A stretch of 25,281 bases of DNA. Origin: a virus. Taxonomy: Duplodnaviria; Heunggongvirae; Uroviricota; Caudoviricetes. The position numbers were made by a program, and so were the translations under genes. Below are positions 7,353 through 16,500 of the stretch, piece by piece; position 1 is the first letter of the stretch; each line of letters starts with the position of its first letter. The notes beneath the pieces were generated by a model. That model saw only the letters and a list, made by a program, of their open reading frames with translations, was not told the origin of the DNA and searched no databases. Where the stretch lies: the IMG/VR virus record IMGVR_UViG_3300019458_000004, positions 64,001-89,281 of that record, one strand, 5' to 3'.

Positions 7353-7841
7353 ATGCCTACTATTATAATTACTGGCATTCCAATTGAATTTCCAAATACC
7401 GGTGCTGTTCCTGTTAACTCTGAAGCTCAAATTCAATTCGCTAAAGCCGTTGAAGCAGCACTATCTGGTTTAATTTCAACCGGCGACGTTTCTAAACAGA
7501 TTTTTACACTTAATGCGGCTCATAATATAGCATCTAACGTAACTTTAACCGGGTTGTCTTTTAATACTTCTGTAGTTCGTGCTGCTTTTATTCGCTATTC
7601 AGTTTATCGCGAAGTTACACAGCCCGCAAGTGCTTCTGAAGCCGGCGAAATGACAATTATTTATAATGTTAATAATCCAACTAATCAAAAATGGGAGTTG
7701 CAACAAGAAAGAGTTGGCGATGCATCTATAAGTTTTACTGTTGATGATAACGGACAATTTTCTTTTTCAACGACTTCGATTGGAACGGGCACTCATTCTG
7801 GTACGATTGCGTTTGTTGCCCAATCGTTAGCTCAATCATAA
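7353..7841 (+). CDS. Virion structural protein (beta-rich, fibre-associated type)
   Basis: 162 aa, Thr/Ser/Ala-rich; first gene after the capsid terminator. Confidence 0.6.
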   Translation: MPTIIITGIPIEFPNTGAVPVNSEAQIQFAKAVEAALSGLISTGDVSKQIFTLNAAHNIASNVTLTGLSFNTSVVRAAFIRYSVYREVTQPASASEAGEMTIIYNVNNPTNQKWELQQERVGDASISFTVDDNGQFSFSTTSIGTGTHSGTIAFVAQSLAQS

Positions 7842-7854
7842 ACAGGGAGGATAT

Positions 7855-8970
7855 ATAGCTTTCGGGTTTAAAAATTTTCTCAAAGGAATTAGATTAGTCC
7901 CCGTTTCTTCTACTAATGTTTCTGTAAAGGGAGACATCGAAGTTCTTGATTCAAACGGAAAAGTAAATTATTTTAATGGGACTTCAGCTTCGCCATTAGT
8001 CACGGAAGCGCATGCGTCGACTTTAACTAATAAATCAATTGATGCAGATCAAAATACTGTTACTAATATCGAAAATGCTGATATTAAATCCGGTGCAGCC
8101 ATTGATCGTAGTAAATTAGCCGCAGGGAGTTTTAATCATGTTGTTATTAATAACGGCTCTGGAGTTTTATCTAGCGAAGTCCAATTAGCTATTACTAGAG
8201 GTGGAACGGGACAATCAACTGCTAATACTGGATTTAATGCATTGGCCCCAAGCACAACTAAAGGGGATTTAATAGGCCATAATGGAACTATTAATGTACG
8301 GATTCCCGTAGGAACAAATAGCCAGGTTTTAACTGCAGATTCTTCCCAAGCAAGTGGTTTACTTTGGACCAATTCGGCTGTTGCTGATAATTCTATTACT
8401 GAATTTAAACTTACAACTTCAGTTGCTGGTAATGGTTTAACTGGTGGTAACGGAGTTCCGTTGGCTGTTGTGGTAGACGGCACAACGATTGAAATTAATG
8501 CGGATACTTTAAGAACAAATACAGTTATTGCCCGTTATAATTCAAATGGCGTCGGTCAAACTTTCGGAGTCGGTACATTTTTAAATATGCCGGGGTTACA
8601 GATTGATACTGATAGTGCTGTAACCTCAACAAGTCCTTTTATTTTTACAGTGCCTGTGACTGGTTATTATGAAGTTTACGCACAACTAGACTTTGTAGAC
8701 GATTCGTGGAATAACGGAACTTCATCTTTTGCTTTAACGATTGAAAAAAATGCACCAACGGTTGGAACGGGTACCACTCAAGCTATTCGTTGGGGAGCTT
8801 TATTAAGCTCTTCTGGACCAACACAGAGATATTGGGTTGCTGTACAATCATTAGACTTATATTCTGCCTCGGACACTATTAAGATAGGTGGTTTACCTTC
8901 AACTTCTTTTAACCCCTCAACAACCGGATTAACCCAACGTTGTTTTATTTATATTCATAAGGTAAATTAA
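7855..8970 (+). CDS. Tail-fibre-like protein with C1q-like C-terminal domain; probable ATA start (371 aa)
   Basis: Frame is open from 7831 to 8970 with no in-frame ATG/GTG/TTG before 8242; SD GGGAGG at 7845-7850 precedes ATA-GCT-TTC (MAFGFKNFLKG...). Fibre motifs TLTNKSID, AAIDRSKLA, RGGTG, TTKGDLI, GTNSQVLTADS; C1q-like FTVPVTGYYEV. Confidence 0.75.
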   Translation: MAFGFKNFLKGIRLVPVSSTNVSVKGDIEVLDSNGKVNYFNGTSASPLVTEAHASTLTNKSIDADQNTVTNIENADIKSGAAIDRSKLAAGSFNHVVINNGSGVLSSEVQLAITRGGTGQSTANTGFNALAPSTTKGDLIGHNGTINVRIPVGTNSQVLTADSSQASGLLWTNSAVADNSITEFKLTTSVAGNGLTGGNGVPLAVVVDGTTIEINADTLRTNTVIARYNSNGVGQTFGVGTFLNMPGLQIDTDSAVTSTSPFIFTVPVTGYYEVYAQLDFVDDSWNNGTSSFALTIEKNAPTVGTGTTQAIRWGALLSSSGPTQRYWVAVQSLDLYSASDTIKIGGLPSTSFNPSTTGLTQRCFIYIHKVN

Positions 8971-9140
8971 TGCCGTTTAAATCGGAAAAACAGAGGCGTT
9001 ATATGAATTGGGCCGCTTCAAAAAGAAAAATTAAACAATCCGTTGTTGATGAGTTTAACCAAGTCTCGAAGGGGATGGAATTACCAGAAAGATCCAAAAA
9101 GGCCAAAATAGCGGCTTTAAAACATTTAAGGAGTAAATAA
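8970..9140 (+). CDS. Small basic phage protein (56 aa, MPFKSEKQRRYM...)
   Basis: Coupled by TAATG overlaps at both ends; below the ORF-track cutoff; contains the SD (AAGGAG) of the next gene. Confidence 0.75.
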   Translation: MPFKSEKQRRYMNWAASKRKIKQSVVDEFNQVSKGMELPERSKKAKIAALKHLRSK

Positions 9141-9499
9141 TGTCATTAGAACCTATTCAAAATATTAATAAAGTTATTATTAATGCTGCTGATTTAGGAG
9201 CAGATCAAACTTCAGAAACCGTTGAAGTTCGTGAATCGGTTGGTTTTGCCGCTCAAATTTATTGGTCCGGAGGAACGGCGACAGCCGGTGATGTAATTGT
9301 CGAAGGAACGAATGATGATCAAGCTAGCGATTCAACGCCAACCTACACACAAATTTCTTCAGATTCGGTTTCAACTACATCTGGTAGTTTAATGAAAAAT
9401 AATAGCGGTGTGTATTATTCATATGTTCGGGTGCGATGGGATCAATCGGCCGGAACCGGGGGCACAATTACTTGTATTATTTCAGCAAAACGACGTTAA
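9140..9499 (+). CDS. Small beta-sandwich virion protein
   Basis: 119 aa, Ser/Thr/Gly-rich, YSYVRVRW strand; TAATG coupling. Confidence 0.65.
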   Translation: MSLEPIQNINKVIINAADLGADQTSETVEVRESVGFAAQIYWSGGTATAGDVIVEGTNDDQASDSTPTYTQISSDSVSTTSGSLMKNNSGVYYSYVRVRWDQSAGTGGTITCIISAKRR

Positions 9500-9509
9500 C
9501 AACTATTAT
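9496..9509 (+). promoter_or_regulatory. Junction motif copy 5, TTAACAACTATTAT
   Basis: Overlaps the stop codon TAA at 9497-9499. Confidence 0.6.
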
Positions 9510-9560
9510 ATATCGTTAAAGTTAAATTTTCTAGTCATTTATTGATTTTTAAGGAGTTTT

Positions 9561-9794
9561 ATGGCGTTTTTAGTTCTAGAAATTGAAGTTCCTGGCCAAG
9601 GTATTAATCAGCTTAATGCTAGCTGTCAGCGTCCAACTAAACCGCATGATGCGGTTAATGCTTGTCGCAATCTTTTAGAAGCTATTTGTGCTGGCGCAAT
9701 TGATGCCTCGGTGCAAGTCACTTCTCGCGATACCACGGCTTCTGTGTCTACTTCTGGTAGCGGTTCGCAACAAGAATCGTATAATTTACGGTAG
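9561..9794 (+). CDS. Hypothetical protein (77 aa)
   Basis: Strong SD AAGGAG before ATG. Confidence 0.7.
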   Translation: MAFLVLEIEVPGQGINQLNASCQRPTKPHDAVNACRNLLEAICAGAIDASVQVTSRDTTASVSTSGSGSQQESYNLR

Positions 9795-9796
9795 AT

Positions 9797-10470
9797 ATGA
9801 GGAAAAAGTGTCGTAAATGTGGAGAAACTAAACTCCTTTCTGCCTATGCAAAAAGCGGTATAAAACAATACCCTTATCGCGGCACTTGTAAACAATGCAA
9901 TAATGAAATGGCTAAACAACCTCATAATCCGTTAATTAGTTTTTGCAAGCAGAATGGATTAAAAATATGCAGCAATTGTCAGATTATTAAATCTATTGAT
10001 TCTTTTTATAAGATAAAAAATCGTCAAACTTCGAATTTTAAAGAATGTAAAAATACGTTTTTAAAAGCTTGGCGTAAAAGTAATCGCCAAAAAGTTAATA
10101 AAATTGCCAAAACCTGGCGAGATAAAAATGAAGAAAAGGTTAAAGAAACTAATCAGGTTAACTATTTGGCCAATAGAGAAAAAATAATCGAAAATGGGTT
10201 GAAAATAACAGAGGAAAATATAACGCATATCATGTTAATAGGTATCTGAGTAAAATTAAAAGAACGCCCCAATGGTTAGCTAAAGAACATTTATTACAAA
10301 TAGAAAAGTTTTATACCAAAGCTCAACAATTAACGGTAATAACGGGGATTCAGTATGAAGTTGATCATATTGTGCCTTTAAATGGTAAAAATGTTTCTGG
10401 TTTGCACGTTCCGTGGAATTTGCAAATTTTAACAAAAACGGAAAATATTAAAAAGTTTAACAACTTTTAA
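9797..10470 (+). pseudogene. HNH homing endonuclease split by a -1 frameshift near 10180-10195
   Basis: Frame 2 encodes CxxC repeats (CRKC, CKQC, CSNC) and stops at 10249. Frame 1 from ~10177 reads RKWVENNRGKYNAY...RTPQW...YEVDHIVPLNGKNVSGLHVPWNLQIL...EN..K.N, a canonical HNH domain ending at TAA 10468-10470. Very AT-rich. Confidence 0.85.
10457..10465 (+). promoter_or_regulatory. Junction motif copy 6, TTAACAACT, inside the last HNH codons
   Basis: Followed by TTTAAGGAG (stop plus SD) and the ATG at 10483. Confidence 0.45.
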
Positions 10471-10482
10471 GGAGAAAGTTTT

Positions 10483-10827
10483 ATGCATAAATTTGATAAA
10501 TTACTAGAAAAAAAAGGAAAAAAACTTTCAGGTGTTGAACAACGTGCTAAAGGAGATGTTCTTTCGGGTCTTAAATATGGTCCTGCTGATGCTTTAAGTG
10601 AAAAGTTAGCCGGACTTAAAAAGGTATCAGTCGCGGCTCCAACACAAGAAGGCTTAGAAGAAGGTCTTGATAAAGCCAAGGAACTTGTAAGCGATTTTCC
10701 AGAAGGAAACGAAGCAGAAGATTTGGAATTAAAACCAAAAGAAGAATGTACGCCCGAAGAAATTGATCAAAAAATACAAATGTTAATGGATTATAAAAAA
10801 GAACTTTTAGAAAAAGATCAGGAATAA
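10483..10827 (+). CDS. Hypothetical charged helical protein (114 aa)
   Basis: SD AAGGAG; Lys-rich N-terminus and Glu-rich C-terminus. Confidence 0.75.
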   Translation: MHKFDKLLEKKGKKLSGVEQRAKGDVLSGLKYGPADALSEKLAGLKKVSVAAPTQEGLEEGLDKAKELVSDFPEGNEAEDLELKPKEECTPEEIDQKIQMLMDYKKELLEKDQE

Positions 10828-10838
10828 AAGGAGTTTAA

Positions 10839-12176
10839 ATGGCTTTACCATTAACTGAAACAGATAAGTTTTTACTACTCAGTGCGGTTGGTGCGCCGGA
10901 AACGCGTGATCGTATTTCCGCACTATTAGATCTGGCTGGAACCGGTAATATGACTGGACCCGCTTCAGCCACGGATAATGCTTTGGTTCGTTATGACGGA
11001 ACGACGGGTGCTTTAGTTCAAAATAGCGGCGCACTGCTTGATGATTCTAATAATTTAAGCGGAATTACTCTTTTAAGTTTGACTAATTTACGATCAGGGG
11101 ATGGATTAGCGACTTCACCAGTTTACAGTTTTTCGGCTGATACTGACACCGGATTATTCCGTGTCGCAACAAATGAAATTGGTTTTTCTACTGGTGGAAC
11201 TCAAAGATTAAGCATTAATTCGACAGATATTACATCAACTTTACCTTTTTACCTAGCTAATGGGGCAACATCCGTTCCAAGTCTTACTTTTGCTAGCGAT
11301 ACCAATACCGGTATATGGCGTGATAGCGCAGACGATATGCGTATGGGGGTTGGCGGCTCTGAGCGGTTGAGTCTTAAATTAACTACTGTTGAAATTACCG
11401 ATGTTCCTTTAAGATTAGTCGACGGTTCAGTTGCCACACCAAGTCTAAGTTTTCAAACAGAGACTAATACCGGAATATATTTAGGGGCTTCTAATGAAAT
11501 GTCTTTTTCAGTTGGTGGAACTGAGAGATTTCGAATAACTAATATTGCAACAGTTAACTTCTTACCATTTTACGCGTCTTCTGGTACAGCTGCTGCTCCT
11601 AGTATAACTTTTAACTCAGACACTGATACCGGTGAATATTTATTTGCAACTAATTCAATAGGATGGGCATGTGCTGGAGTTTCAGTTTTAACTCTATCAG
11701 AAAACCAGTTTAATTTTACTGGTAGTCAAGCAGTTGGTAGCTCCACGTTGTTTAAACTTAATCACGATGATAATACCAACCCTAATTCATCAGCGCGTCA
11801 TTTAATTAGTTCCGGTGGGTCAAGTGGGGGCGATCCATATGTTCAATTTAGAGTAGGCGCGGTTCAAGGTTCGAGTGTAGCTAATTTTAATTTAGGGATT
11901 GATAATGACGATAGCGATCTTTTTAAAATTTCTGTCGGGGGTTCTTCTTTATCAACATCTCAAGCTTTTTCTATCGACGCACTAAATAACGTTGCTATTG
12001 GATTTAATGTTATAGCAACAACTGCTACTGATGGTTTCTTGTATATACCAACTTGTGCCGGAACACCAACTGGAGTACCTACTACATTTACGGGCCGAGC
12101 GCCACTTGTCGTGGATAGCACTAATAATAAGCTTTATTTTTATAGCGGCGGTGCTTGGCGGGATGCTGGGCCGTAA
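10839..12176 (+). CDS. Tail fibre protein with four ~53-54 aa shaft repeats
   Basis: Repeats of G....P...F..DT.TG......N...F..GG..R..I start at 11100, 11259, 11421 and 11580; N-terminal GPASATDNALVRYDGTTG and C-terminal GFLYIPTCAG.P...D..NNKLYFY.GGAW are common fibre motifs; SD AAGGAG. Confidence 0.8.
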   Translation: MALPLTETDKFLLLSAVGAPETRDRISALLDLAGTGNMTGPASATDNALVRYDGTTGALVQNSGALLDDSNNLSGITLLSLTNLRSGDGLATSPVYSFSADTDTGLFRVATNEIGFSTGGTQRLSINSTDITSTLPFYLANGATSVPSLTFASDTNTGIWRDSADDMRMGVGGSERLSLKLTTVEITDVPLRLVDGSVATPSLSFQTETNTGIYLGASNEMSFSVGGTERFRITNIATVNFLPFYASSGTAAAPSITFNSDTDTGEYLFATNSIGWACAGVSVLTLSENQFNFTGSQAVGSSTLFKLNHDDNTNPNSSARHLISSGGSSGGDPYVQFRVGAVQGSSVANFNLGIDNDDSDLFKISVGGSSLSTSQAFSIDALNNVAIGFNVIATTATDGFLYIPTCAGTPTGVPTTFTGRAPLVVDSTNNKLYFYSGGAWRDAGP

Positions 12177-12233
12177 TAAACTAAGTTAGTGGCAACTTTG
12201 AGATTAAAAACAAACGACTAGCAAGAGAGTTTA

Positions 12234-13493
12234 ATGACAAACCCGTGGCTTTCATCCAATGATATTATTGAGGCGGTAAAACGTCGAATATCATTTCCTG
12301 TTTATCAATCAACTTTTGAGGATACGGATATTCTTCAATTTGCTAATGATGTTATGAGGGAAGAAATTCTTCCTAACATATTGCAATACCATGAAGAATA
12401 TTTCGTTGTTGATTCTTCAGTTGAGTTAAAACCAAACCAAAGTAAATACCCGATTCCAAACCGTGCTGTTGGCATGAAATTGCGCGACATTGCATTTGGT
12501 GATGGGAACGTTACTGATTCTTTACCATACGGGAATCTCTTTGAAACCACTAGGGTTAATGCCGATGATAAAGTGTGGTTTGAAGGATCGGGACTTGGAA
12601 ACGGTATTGCTTATCAAATATATTTACAAGGGAATGATGTAGTTATTACTCCTTCGGTTGATAGCTCACCTACCGGTCTTCTAGTTTTTTATTGGTTCAT
12701 GCGGCCAAATCAACTAGTCGAAGAAACGCGAGCATTTATTATTTCCGCATTTTCTAAAACGATTGTTGTAGATAACACTTCTTTAAATTCAGGCGATACG
12801 ATTACTCTTGGCGTTGAAGATAACGGAGATATTACAGAAACGGTCTTAACTGCTGGATCAAGTTTTGCGATTGGAGCTACTTCTTCAGCTTCAGCTACTA
12901 ATCTTGCTACGGCTATTAATGCGGCGAATCTTGGTTTTACGGCTTCAAATGGAACGCCAGCAACTAATACGGTAACTATTACTTATTCAAATCGCAATAA
13001 TACAATTGCCTCTTCAGATACGGCCGCTTTAGCGGTCCAGTCAACCCTCGGCCTTGTTTCAAGTTCTTCTGTTCCATCGAATATAACTGTTGGTAGTTAT
13101 GTTGATTTATTACAAACATTGCCGGGACACAAAATCATTAATTATGATGTTTTAGTTCCAACAAATGGCGCCTCGGGCAATACGATTTCTCTTGGCGAAG
13201 ATGATGTTCCAACGAATATTATAGTTGGTGATTACATTACATCTAGAAATGAATGCATTATTCCACAAATTCCACCGGAATTGCAATCAAATCTCGTACA
13301 AAGAGTTTGTTCGAGAATTTTAGAAGCTATTGGGGATAAAGAAGGTATGGCTGTTTCTGATGCCAAAATTGAAAAATTAAATCAAACCGAGGCAACTTTA
13401 ATTGATGATCGAGTAAATGGATCTCCCCAGAAAATATTAGCACGACATTCTTTATTACGTTATGGAAGTCTATTAAATCGTCGTCTCTGGTAA
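12234..13493 (+). CDS. Head-tail adaptor / tail tubular protein A-like (T7 gp11 / P22 gp4 position), with probable inserted domain
   Basis: Helical N-terminus (DIIEAVKRR...DILQFAND) and C-terminus (PQIP.EL...L.QR....ILEA.GD) typical of adaptors; directly upstream of the nozzle-like gene. Confidence 0.6.
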   Translation: MTNPWLSSNDIIEAVKRRISFPVYQSTFEDTDILQFANDVMREEILPNILQYHEEYFVVDSSVELKPNQSKYPIPNRAVGMKLRDIAFGDGNVTDSLPYGNLFETTRVNADDKVWFEGSGLGNGIAYQIYLQGNDVVITPSVDSSPTGLLVFYWFMRPNQLVEETRAFIISAFSKTIVVDNTSLNSGDTITLGVEDNGDITETVLTAGSSFAIGATSSASATNLATAINAANLGFTASNGTPATNTVTITYSNRNNTIASSDTAALAVQSTLGLVSSSSVPSNITVGSYVDLLQTLPGHKIINYDVLVPTNGASGNTISLGEDDVPTNIIVGDYITSRNECIIPQIPPELQSNLVQRVCSRILEAIGDKEGMAVSDAKIEKLNQTEATLIDDRVNGSPQKILARHSLLRYGSLLNRRLW

Positions 13494-13505
13494 ACAGGGA
13501 ATTTT

Positions 13506-16500
13506 ATGCCAGCACAAGTAGTTTTAAAAGCACTTGGAATCGTCTCTTCTCCAAATCAATTAGCCCTTCCTGAAGGCGCAATGTCAACTGCGTCCAATGT
13601 TGTTATTAAACGTGACGGTATTGTCGAACAACGCCGAGGTTTTAAGCTTTACGGCACTCAAACTGCTTCAGCCATAAAACAATTATTCACGTATAAAACA
13701 CGCCTTCTTCGACATTTTGGTTCTACCCTACAATTTGATAGTGAAGTTCTAAACGCTAATAACGAATCTATTTTTAATTCATTTGCTGGTAGCTACTCTG
13801 AAACTGAAGCCGGGCTTCGCATTAAATCAATTGAATCCAATGGTAATTTCTATTTTACTACATCAAGTGGTATTAAGAAGATTTCAGCGGCGAGCGCCGA
13901 TGAATTTTCAACTGCTGCTGGTTATATTACAAATGCTGGTGGTGTCAAAGCTATTAACGGTTCTGCTCGAATAGATTTAGAATTAGGCAATTCAACCGGG
14001 TTTCTCCCTGAAGATAGCGCAGTTGCCTATCGTTTTCTCTGGACAATTAATGATGCGAATAACAATGCAATTCCCGGAACTCCGAGTGAAAGGGTTATTT
14101 TATATAACTCACTCCTTAATTTCTTAATCCCAGATTTTGATCATCTTTTAGGAGCTTTGGACGATATTACCACTACTACAACTACAGCTTTTATTGGCGA
14201 TGGTAATTACATTACGACTTTAAAATTACAAAGCACCGCTTCTTCAACAGATATTAAAACACAAATAATTGCTTTAGCTGAAAAAATTGATGAGGATATT
14301 TTATATGCAAATGACGCCGGAACGGCCCCTATTAACCTTAGCACTTCAGAAGTAGCTTCTGGAATTGCTACTATTACAGCAAGTGCTGGTGATTTTACAC
14401 AATATCTTGAAGTAGGTAGTAAAATCTTTTTATCAGGTTATGTTGGGGCTGCTGTCGGACTTAATGGTGCTCAAACCGTAGCCTCGGTTTCGGCTTTAAC
14501 TGTTACTTTTAATACCACAGTCGCTGATTTTGGCGCTTTAGCTAATAGTGGTGCCGAACAAATTGTTTCTTACGAATATCGAAATTCGATTGAGAACATC
14601 TCTTATCAAAACACAATCTTCAATTTAAACACAACTACGATTAATAACCCGGCAACAAACAACCAATTAAAGATTCTTCAAGCCGCTATTTTAGGATTCA
14701 TTACACAGTTGCAGGACGAACCAATCACGGTTATTTCAAGTAGCAATCAAACAGCCTATATCACACCTCTAGATGTTACAACGACGATTAACGTTATTTT
14801 AACGATTAATATTCCAGAAGAAATTAATTCAAATTATTTCTTACAAATTTATCGTTCGGATATTGCTGAAGCGACTGGGACAACTATTTTAGCCGATTTA
14901 ACTCCGAACGATGAAATGCAGCTTGTTTATGAAGCATTTCCTACGACAGCCGAACTTTCGGCTGGCATAATGGAAGTTTTAGATGAAGTATCTGATGAAT
15001 TTGCTGGGGCTAATTTATATACAAATCCGTCTACCGGGGAAGGCATTCTTCAAGCCAATGATGTTCCTCCTTTAGCTAAAGACATTAATCGGTTTAAAAA
15101 TGTTCTATTTTATGCTAATACGGCAACTCGTCAACGTTTAAATTTAAACTTGCTCGGTGTTACCAATTTTAAAGCTGGTAATGTTACGAGTGTTACGGCA
15201 ACTAATCCGGCTGTTATTACAACTGATGTCGATCATGGATTAGCCGATGACGATCTTGTTTATGTTAATGGAACCGGTGTTGCTGCAATTGATGGCAAAG
15301 TTTGGAAAGTTAACGTTACTAGCGCTACAACCTTCGAAATTCCGGTTATGGGAATGGTGTCTTCGGTCGGGTATTGGACTAATTCCATGGTTGCGGTTAT
15401 CGACTCCATTTCAACTCGACAATACTATTTTATTAAGGAAATGCAGGAATCAAGGACATTCACCTCCGATACAAAAGCCAATACTAATGAGGGCGCTTCG
15501 AACGCAAATTATTTTACGCTTTATACCGGCAAAAACGATAGGTCTTTTTATGTTTGGTTTAAAAAGACTGGTGCTGCTGTTGATCCTCTACAGGCAGGAT
15601 TTGATGAAGGAATTATGGTGGATATTTCTTCAGCTACTATTGTTACAGCCGATGACGTTGCTGCTAGAACACGTGATGTTCTTTCGCGTTATCCATTGTA
15701 TTTTAATATTTCTGGGGCTACAAATCAAATTATTATTCAAAACGTTACTGCAGGAATTGCGACTGATAGTATTGTAAGTACACTAGGTGGGGTTTGGGCT
15801 GTTTCGACAACACAACAAGGTCGCGGTGAAAATGCCTCATTGAATGAGGTTTTATTATCCACTTTCGTGTCGCCGGCTCAGGCATTGGATGCTTCCGCCC
15901 GAAGTTTCCAGAACGTTTTAAATAGAAATTCAACCGAAAATACCTATGTATATTATCTTTCGGGCCTTGCGGATGCTCCCGGAAAAATGCTTGTTGAAGG
16001 TCGAAGTTTAGCTGAGGGGCAGTTTTATGTACTGGCTAACAATAGCTTGGTTGGTGATTCCTTCGATCCGCCTATCACTCCAACTCATTTTATTTCAGGT
16101 AATACGGCTGCTAATCCTTCCGTTGTAACTACCACGGCTGCCCACGGCCTTGTTTCTAACGATAGTGCTGTAATTGCTTTCAGTAATTCAACACCATTTA
16201 TCAATGGTATTCAAACTGTGACTAATTTAAGTGCGACAACTTTTAGTGTTGCGATTAACGTTACAGTAGCCGGAACTTCTGGTGTTTTAATTAATTCCGA
16301 TGAAGCTGTTTTTTCAGATAATGAAAGAAAGATTAATCGTATCTATTATTCAAAATTAAATCAACCGGAAGCAGTTCCATTGGTTAATTATTTTGATGTG
16401 GGTTCACAAGAAAATCAAATCTTACGTATTTTCCCTCTTCGGGATTCTTTGTTCGTGTTTAAAGAAAACGAAGGATTATATCGCATTTCTGGTGAAACTG

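Noticed and set aside
8242-8244. TTG at 8242 as the fibre gene start
   Set aside because: No SD, falls mid-motif (NALAPSTTKGDL), and would leave ~400 nt of fibre-like coding sequence untranslated.
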